A stretch of 64,000 bases of DNA from Calditrichia bacterium (GTDB lineage: Bacteria > Calditrichota > Calditrichia > RBG-13-44-9 > J075): NCBI GenBank assembly GCA_050633245.1, contig JBOEGD010000004.1:109866-173865 (forward strand). Reading direction: 5' to 3'. A program made the translations under genes and the position numbers. Positions 57,505 through 64,000 of the stretch are shown piece after piece; the stretch's first letter is position 1, and every line of letters starts with the position of its first letter. The notes beneath the pieces are model-generated. The model was not told where the DNA came from. It searched no databases and saw only the letters and a list, made by a program, of their open reading frames with translations.

Positions 57505-59928
57505 ATGATTGAAGTAATTGAAAACACAAAAAAGAGCGTAGCTCTCCAGTTGGATAAGGAAGAGATCCTGCGCGATTATCGCATTGCTTATCAAAGCAGA
57601 CAAGCGAGTTTAATTGGCCGTAAAGAGGTTATGGGCGGTAAAGCCAAGTTTGGCATTTTTGGAGATGGAAAAGAAATACCACAGTTGGCACTTGCGCGTG
57701 CCTTTAAAGAGGGTGATTTTCGGTCGGGCTATTATCGTGACCAGACGCTGATGATGGCGCTGGGTGATTATCCGCTTGATGAGTTTTTTGCACAACTTTA
57801 TGCCAACCCGGATGTTGAAAAAGAGCCTGCTTCAGCGGGCCGCGCTATGAATGCGCACTTTGGAACACGCTTAATTAACGATGACGGTAGCTGGAAAGAT
57901 CAAACCAGCACGAAAAACACCTCGTCAGATGTTTCGCCAACCGCTTCACAAATGCCGCGTCTTGTTGGTCTTGCCTATGCTTCCAGACTGTATCGCGAGT
58001 TGGAGGAGCTTCAATCGTTTAGCCAATTCTCTAAAGGTGGAAGCGAAGTTGCTTTTGGAACAATTGGAAACGCTTCCAGTGCTGAAGGCATGTTCTGGGA
58101 GGCAATCAATGCTATTGGCGTGTTGCAGGCACCGGTTGTTATGTCTATTTGGGATGATGAGTATGGTATTTCAGTTCCGAATGAATTTCAGCACACACGC
58201 GAGAGCCTTGCAGAAATGCTGAGTGGATTTTCACGTAAGGAAGGTGAGTCTCGTGGCTATGATATTTATGTCGTAAAAGCGTGGGATTATCCGGCGCTTC
58301 TGGAAACCTACGCCAAGGCAACCGAGGTTGCACGCCGTGATCATGTTCCGGCAATTATTCACGTTGTCGAAGTAACCCAGCCACAAGGACACTCCACATC
58401 TGGAAGTCATGAGCGCTATAAATCCAAAGAGCGGCTTGACTGGGAAAAAGAATTTGATGGCTTGCGCAAAATGCGCGAGTGGATGTTGGATAGCGATATT
58501 ATAAAAGAAGCAGAGTTGGTTGCCCTGGAAAAAGAGGATCGCCTTTCCGTCGAGAAAATACGTGATGAATCCTGGGAAGACCTATTGCGTCCGATACGCG
58601 CAAAGATCGCAGAGATGAGTCTGATTCTTACGCCTCTTCTGGGAAAGCTTTCTGATGCTGATGCCGTTTCAAGTCTTATGCAGAAATTACAGAAAAAAGC
58701 TATCCCGGCGCGCAAAGATATTATGACAACGCTTCATAATATTCTTCTTGAAACCCGCGACAACACATCTGATGAACGTACGAAGCTGGTGGAGTGGAAG
58801 CGTAACTTTGACAAAGAAACCGGTGACAATTATTCTTCGCACCTTTATTGTGAAGGCGATGCCTCAGCGCTGAACATTCCGCAAGTGGCACCAGTATTTT
58901 CCGAAAACTCACGCTCCATTAACGGATTTGATATTCTGAATGGCTGTTTTGACGCGGCAATGAAGCGCGATCCGCGGATAATTGCATTTGGTGAAGATGT
59001 CGGTTATCTGGGTGACGTGAATCAGGGCTTCAAAGGTTTACAAGAGAAATTTGGCGAATTGAGGGTCTCGGATACCGGTATTCGCGAGTGCACAATTATG
59101 GGGCAAGCCATTGGAATGGCCCTGCGCGGGTTAAGACCTATAGCAGAGATCCAGTATCTGGATTATGTGCTATACGGTTTGCAGATTCTATCTGATGACC
59201 TGGCTTGTCTACACTGGCGCACCAAAGGCGGCCAGAAAGCACCGGTAATTGTAAGGACGCGCGGGCATCGCCTTGAAGGCATCTGGCATGCCGGTTCTCC
59301 AATGGCGTCGATGATTCATCTGCTTAGAGGCATGCACGTACTTGTGCCTCGTAACATGACTCAGGCTGCCGGCTTTTACAATACCCTACTTCAGGCGGAT
59401 GATCCTGCCATTGTTGTAGAGGTGTTGAACGGGTATCGTCTGAAGGAAACACTACCGGATAATGTCGGTGAATTTACCATTCCGCTCGGCGTGCCTGAAA
59501 CATTGAGATCTGGAAACGACGTTACCGTTGTTACGTACGGTGCCTGCTGCGCAATTGCTATGGAAGCGGCCGATCAACTCGCGAAAGTGAACATTGATCT
59601 GGAGGTGATTGATGTGCAGTCCTTGTTGCCCTTCGACCTACACGGCAAGATTAGTGAGTCGTTAAAAAAGACCAATCGCATTGTCTTTTTAGATGAGGAC
59701 ATTCCGGGTGGAACAACCGCTTATATGCTCCAGGAAGTAATGGAAAAGCAGAGGGGTTACTATCATCTGGACTCCCAGCCGCGCACGCTGACTGCGAAAG
59801 CGCATCGCCCGGCATTTGGTTCGGACGGAGACTATTGGTCGAAGCCAAACAGTGAGCATGTATTCGAAGTCGTTTATGAGATTATGCATGAATCGGACCC
59901 TCAAATGTATCCTTTGTTCCTTCGCTAG
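57505..59928 (+). CDS. 2-oxoacid dehydrogenase E1, fused alpha+beta (Bacteroidota-type)
   Basis: SGYYRDQ, TPP-binding GNASSAEG..WDD, GHSTSG, FGEDVG, DTGIRE, AEIQYLDY. Confidence 0.9.
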   Translation: MIEVIENTKKSVALQLDKEEILRDYRIAYQSRQASLIGRKEVMGGKAKFGIFGDGKEIPQLALARAFKEGDFRSGYYRDQTLMMALGDYPLDEFFAQLYANPDVEKEPASAGRAMNAHFGTRLINDDGSWKDQTSTKNTSSDVSPTASQMPRLVGLAYASRLYRELEELQSFSQFSKGGSEVAFGTIGNASSAEGMFWEAINAIGVLQAPVVMSIWDDEYGISVPNEFQHTRESLAEMLSGFSRKEGESRGYDIYVVKAWDYPALLETYAKATEVARRDHVPAIIHVVEVTQPQGHSTSGSHERYKSKERLDWEKEFDGLRKMREWMLDSDIIKEAELVALEKEDRLSVEKIRDESWEDLLRPIRAKIAEMSLILTPLLGKLSDADAVSSLMQKLQKKAIPARKDIMTTLHNILLETRDNTSDERTKLVEWKRNFDKETGDNYSSHLYCEGDASALNIPQVAPVFSENSRSINGFDILNGCFDAAMKRDPRIIAFGEDVGYLGDVNQGFKGLQEKFGELRVSDTGIRECTIMGQAIGMALRGLRPIAEIQYLDYVLYGLQILSDDLACLHWRTKGGQKAPVIVRTRGHRLEGIWHAGSPMASMIHLLRGMHVLVPRNMTQAAGFYNTLLQADDPAIVVEVLNGYRLKETLPDNVGEFTIPLGVPETLRSGNDVTVVTYGACCAIAMEAADQLAKVNIDLEVIDVQSLLPFDLHGKISESLKKTNRIVFLDEDIPGGTTAYMLQEVMEKQRGYYHLDSQPRTLTAKAHRPAFGSDGDYWSKPNSEHVFEVVYEIMHESDPQMYPLFLR

Positions 59929-59996
59929 TTCATAGAGGGAAACCTCCCTTGTCGGTTGCGGCACCACAAAAAATTTGGTATATTTTGCTTCATTTC

Positions 59997-60021
59997 AAAA
60001 GGCGCAGTTGCTGCGCCTTTT
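59997..60021. terminator. Symmetric terminator-like hairpin
   Basis: AAAAGGCGCAG-TTG-CTGCGCCTTTT. Confidence 0.7.
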
Positions 60022-60046
60022 GTTTAATCACAATTAAGAGATATTT

Positions 60047-61333
60047 ATGCGCGTCGCGTTCTACACATTTGGCTGTCGGCTGAACCAATCTGAAACAGCA
60101 GCTATTGAACAGGGCTTTATTAAAGACGGGCATGATATTGTAGACTATCGCGAATCTCCTGATGTTGTGGTGGTGAATACCTGCACCGTTACCGAAAACG
60201 GTGATGCCGATACCCGTCGATTAACCAATAAAATTTCAAAGAAACATCCCAATGCCCGCATTGCGTTGGTAGGTTGCCAAGCGCAGGTGCAAAAGGAGCA
60301 ATTGCTAAAGCTGCCAAATGTCCAATGGGTTGTCGGTAATGCGCGCAAGATGGATATGCACCAAATTGTTAGCGATTCGAAAAATGCTGAACCACAGCTT
60401 ATTACGCCGACAATACGTAAGCAATCATTTACTATTCCCTTCGTTGGCTACGACAGTCGTCACACCCGTGCCAATTTAAAGGTGCAGGATGGCTGTGACT
60501 TCTTCTGCTCCTTTTGCGAAATTCCCTATGCTCGAGGGCGAGCGCGCAGTCGCGAATTTGATGATATTCTGATAGAAGCAAATGCCCTAACGGCTGCCGG
60601 ACATCATGAACTGATACTCACCGGAATAAACATTGGTACGTATGACTACGAAGGCAAAACTTTGGTTGATGTGTTGGATGCCCTCGAGGTGATTGATGAC
60701 CTTTGGCGAATTCGGATTTCTTCAATCGAGCCGACAACTATTCCAGATGCGATTATTGAACGAATGGTCGGAGACAGCAAGTTATGTCGCTATCTACACG
60801 TTCCGCTTCAAGCCGGAACCGATGAAATCCTTTCTGCTATGCGTCGAATTTACACGGTTGAAGCGTTTTGCCAGTTTATTGATACTGTTTACAGGGCTGT
60901 GCCCGATGTCTGTCTTGGAACGGACGTCATTGTTGGATTTCCCGGTGAAACCGATGAGCTCTTTGAACAGACCTATCAGCTTTTACTGGATCTTCCACTT
61001 GCTTATTTTCATGTCTTCTCTTATTCCGAACGAGATCATGCTCGCAGTAGTAAGATGAATCCGGCGCTGCGAATCGATCGAAAGAAAATTGCCGAGCGTA
61101 GTAAGCGGCTGCGTGAACTCAGTGATCGTAAAAGGCGTGTATATAACCAGCAGTTTATCGGGAAAGAAGCACATGTTCTATTCGAATCTAAAAAGAATGG
61201 CTGGTGGAACGGCGTAACCGATACGTACGTTCGCGTAAAAGTTGAATCTCAAATTGATCTCAAAAATCAATTATTACCTGTATCGTTGGAAATTGAAGAT
61301 AGGCAGAGTCTTACTGGCAGCCTCATCCTTTAA
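60047..61333 (+). CDS. mtaB: tRNA t6A37 methylthiotransferase MtaB
   Basis: TFGCRLNQSE, NTCTVT, KVQDGCDFFCSFC (radical SAM), VGFPGET, HVFSYS. Confidence 0.95.
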   Translation: MRVAFYTFGCRLNQSETAAIEQGFIKDGHDIVDYRESPDVVVVNTCTVTENGDADTRRLTNKISKKHPNARIALVGCQAQVQKEQLLKLPNVQWVVGNARKMDMHQIVSDSKNAEPQLITPTIRKQSFTIPFVGYDSRHTRANLKVQDGCDFFCSFCEIPYARGRARSREFDDILIEANALTAAGHHELILTGINIGTYDYEGKTLVDVLDALEVIDDLWRIRISSIEPTTIPDAIIERMVGDSKLCRYLHVPLQAGTDEILSAMRRIYTVEAFCQFIDTVYRAVPDVCLGTDVIVGFPGETDELFEQTYQLLLDLPLAYFHVFSYSERDHARSSKMNPALRIDRKKIAERSKRLRELSDRKRRVYNQQFIGKEAHVLFESKKNGWWNGVTDTYVRVKVESQIDLKNQLLPVSLEIEDRQSLTGSLIL

Positions 61334-61432
61334 TTCTTGTTTGCATCTTTTATTGCTAGGCCCCTCTGGTGTCCTGACAGATACCAAATCAGAGTGTTGA
61401 GTTGGAGAAATTGACTACCGAAAGGCATACGA

Positions 61433-64000
61433 ATGGCAGTAAGCAAACGTGCTTCCAAAAGTAAAGCTGCATCCTCGAAGACTACCAAGCGCAAGACAAA
61501 ACCCAGCATAGCAGCTACGGAAATAGCAGACGTTCCTTATTTGTCTCAGCCTGCCCTCAGTAGCGATGGTCGTTTGCTTTGCTTCACTTACTCCTCAGAT
61601 ATTTGGCTGGTTGAAACCAACGGTGGCCAGGCTCGGCAGATAACCAGCAATATCCAGCGTGATGCCATGGCATCTTTTTCGCCAGACGATAAACAAATTG
61701 CCTTTATTTCTCAGCGAAGCGGCTCCCAAAATATATACATTGCGGAGATAGGCTCCAGCCAATTGCCGAGACGATTGACTTATCATACTGCATCCGGAGG
61801 ACCACTTTCCTGGAGCCGTAATGGAAAGTGGATTTACTTTGGATCAAATCTTGACCGTCAGTCGCGCGGCATCTATAAAATATCCTCTGCCGGCTCCACA
61901 CCTATTCGGCTTATTGCCGATCCACAAGAAGGCTACAGCGATCAGGCTATTTCTCCGGATGGAAAGAAACTAATTTTTCACAGCGACGGTGATGCCTGGT
62001 GGCGCTGTGGACCTAACCCGGCGATGGCATCACATCTTTGGCTACTGGATGAACCATCCGGGAAGATTGAGAAAAAACTCACCTCTTATGAGGGCGTGAA
62101 TATCCGACCGATGTGGGAGCGAAATGGAAAAGGTCTATATTTTCTCTCAGATCGCAGTGGACGTGAAAATATCTGGTATATGACGGTTAATGGAGATGCC
62201 CGGGCTCGCCAGATTACCCATTTCATTGATGGACGCGTAATACGCCCGTCTATTTCCCGCGACGGCAAGTGGATTGTCTTTGAGCGTGACTTTCAAATTT
62301 GGTTGCTGAATGTCGCTGAAGGCAGTAGCAGACCTATAGACATTATCTTGCAGGCAGATGAAAAAATAAACTCGCGACGCACTCATTTTATTCCCGGCTC
62401 TATCGGTGGCTTGCGACTTTCCGGGGATAATAAAAAAGTAGCTTTTACGGCATTTGGACAAATATTCGCTGATTTAGCGGAAAAAGGTGCGAGTGTAGAT
62501 AAAAAGGGGGAAGCGTTTCGGGTTTCAAAGACAGAAGCACGGCACCGCCAAATATTTTGGCATCCTAATAACAAGCAAATCGTTTATATCTCTGACCACG
62601 ATGGCCATGACGAAGTTTATCGATACGACTTTGAAAAGCGCGAAGAGACGCGCCTGACCAATAGTGTTGAAGATAAGTATACGCCGAAGTATTCACCCGA
62701 TGGTAAATGGCTTGCTTACGGCAGCGGTAAAAAAGACATTTATCTGATGAACACCTCAAGTGGTAAGCACAACCGCTTTGTTAAAAATCAGCGTTTCCTA
62801 AGAGTTGTTATACCGACGGAATTCCACTGGTCTCCCGATAGCAAGTGGCTTGCATTTACAGCCTCAAACGCTGATGCCTTTGAAAATATTTATCTGCAAA
62901 AAATCCGCACTCGGAAATCGCGACAGTTAACCTTTCTGAATAATCTCCACTCACGCTGTGTTCAGTGGGCGCCAAACGGTAAATTCCTGATCTTCGTAAC
63001 CGGGCATTATCGAAGTGAAGGTCAGATCGTGCGTGTCAACCTGAAACCCATCCCTCCGCGTTTTTATGAGGAAGATTTCGATAAGCTGTTTGCCAGTGAA
63101 GAGGCTAAGACTGAAAAGAAGCAAGATGCCGCCAAGAATGAAAAGAAACCCGTTGCAAAAGAAGCTGAGCAGGTTGACATACAGTTCAGCGGAATCAAGC
63201 GTCGCGTGCAGTATCTTTCTAAGCCGTCACATTACGCCATTCCGCTTGCCATTCGGCCGGATAGCAAGATGTTGATCTTTCATGCTCGTCTTTCCTATGA
63301 ACCATATCTGTGGTCGATGTCTTTGGAAGAAGATAAGCGTGGCGATGCACCAAGAGCGATTCTGAAAGCACGTGACTATAGTGGTGGACTGGTTTGGTCT
63401 GCTGATGGCAAAAAGGTCTTCTTCTTGCGAAGAGGCATTATCAATACGTTTGGTCTAAATGATGATGGTTCTCCAAAAGGAACACCTAAAGAGGTCCCCG
63501 TAAAAGGAGAAGTTGAACTTGATTATCAGCGTTTAAAACTTCAGGCGTTTGATGAGGGCTGGCGGATGCTCCGCGATTATTTTTATGATCCCGATTTTCA
63601 TGGATGTGATTGGAATGCCATGTACTCGCGTTTTCTGCCTGCTGTTAAGGGGGCACGAACCCGCAGAGACTTTCACGATATTCTCAATATGATGGTCGGT
63701 GAATTAAATGCGTCCCACCTCGGTGCCAGTGGAAGAGGCTTCGGTCAACGCAATATTGACAGTTTTATTGGTCTCGATTTCGAACGAACGCCTCTTGAGA
63801 AGAAGGGACAGTTTAAGATTAAACATGTTGTCGCAGACTCGCCGGTGACGCATGCAGAAAAACCACCGCAAAAAGGTGAATTCCTGCTGGCCATCGATGG
63901 GCGAAAGGTTGATGGCCGAACCGAAAACCTGATCGAAAACCTTCAGAAACGCGACGGGAAACGAGTCACCCTTTTAGTCAATTCCTCCCCACGTAAGAAA
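61433..64000 (+). CDS. Tricorn-like S41 protease (WD40/PD40 propellers, C1 and PDZ regions), runs off the window's right edge
   Basis: Manual translation from ATG 61433: PALSSDG..FTYSSDIW, FSPDDKQIAF.SQRSG, SDRSGRENIW; near the end FDEGWRMLRDYFYDPDFHGCDW, MVGELNASH. Absent from the ORF track because it is open-ended. Confidence 0.9.
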   Translation, partial: MAVSKRASKSKAASSKTTKRKTKPSIAATEIADVPYLSQPALSSDGRLLCFTYSSDIWLVETNGGQARQITSNIQRDAMASFSPDDKQIAFISQRSGSQNIYIAEIGSSQLPRRLTYHTASGGPLSWSRNGKWIYFGSNLDRQSRGIYKISSAGSTPIRLIADPQEGYSDQAISPDGKKLIFHSDGDAWWRCGPNPAMASHLWLLDEPSGKIEKKLTSYEGVNIRPMWERNGKGLYFLSDRSGRENIWYMTVNGDARARQITHFIDGRVIRPSISRDGKWIVFERDFQIWLLNVAEGSSRPIDIILQADEKINSRRTHFIPGSIGGLRLSGDNKKVAFTAFGQIFADLAEKGASVDKKGEAFRVSKTEARHRQIFWHPNNKQIVYISDHDGHDEVYRYDFEKREETRLTNSVEDKYTPKYSPDGKWLAYGSGKKDIYLMNTSSGKHNRFVKNQRFLRVVIPTEFHWSPDSKWLAFTASNADAFENIYLQKIRTRKSRQLTFLNNLHSRCVQWAPNGKFLIFVTGHYRSEGQIVRVNLKPIPPRFYEEDFDKLFASEEAKTEKKQDAAKNEKKPVAKEAEQVDIQFSGIKRRVQYLSKPSHYAIPLAIRPDSKMLIFHARLSYEPYLWSMSLEEDKRGDAPRAILKARDYSGGLVWSADGKKVFFLRRGIINTFGLNDDGSPKGTPKEVPVKGEVELDYQRLKLQAFDEGWRMLRDYFYDPDFHGCDWNAMYSRFLPAVKGARTRRDFHDILNMMVGELNASHLGASGRGFGQRNIDSFIGLDFERTPLEKKGQFKIKHVVADSPVTHAEKPPQKGEFLLAIDGRKVDGRTENLIENLQKRDGKRVTLLVNSSPRKK

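Noticed and set aside
59975-59990. TTGGTATATTTTGCTT as a sigma54 site upstream of mtaB
   Set aside because: GG-to-GC spacing is 8, not 10; better read as an extended -10 (TGnTATATT).

Overview
Bacterial chromosomal segment of moderate GC. Gene content suggests an FCB-group diderm, probably Calditrichota/Ignavibacteria-like (inference): Por/T9SS-type C-terminal tails, DUF4835, a TonB receptor plus DUF4249, a fused E1 alpha-beta, and type-2 IleRS. The two ends are mostly housekeeping genes: ileS (partial), PNP, divIVA, yggS, dnaG, sodA/tpx, ychF, rnhB, tsaC, waaF, argF, hslUV, rpoN, rpsD, acs/actP, 2-oxoacid dehydrogenase E1, mtaB and a partial tricorn protease. The notable region is about 35.7-52.6 kb, a 13-gene minus-strand sigma54 envelope-signalling island close to rpoN. 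Its sensor part encodes a lipoprotein, a secreted Kelch protein, a GAF-bEBP, a membrane Ser/Thr kinase with PEGA domains, a TPR protein, a TM2 protein and a membrane-anchored CHASE2-bEBP. A sigma54-type promoter then precedes a likely output operon: an OM beta-barrel, a paralogous barrel fused to a transglutaminase-like Cys domain, a FecR-TPR protein, a DUF4097 lipoprotein, a TonB-dependent receptor and a DUF4249 lipoprotein. Four sigma54-like sites in the window share a non-canonical -12 element (GG-N10-GTAT). No rRNA, tRNA, CRISPR array or intact mobile element was seen. All calls come from motif recognition by eye; no searches were run.
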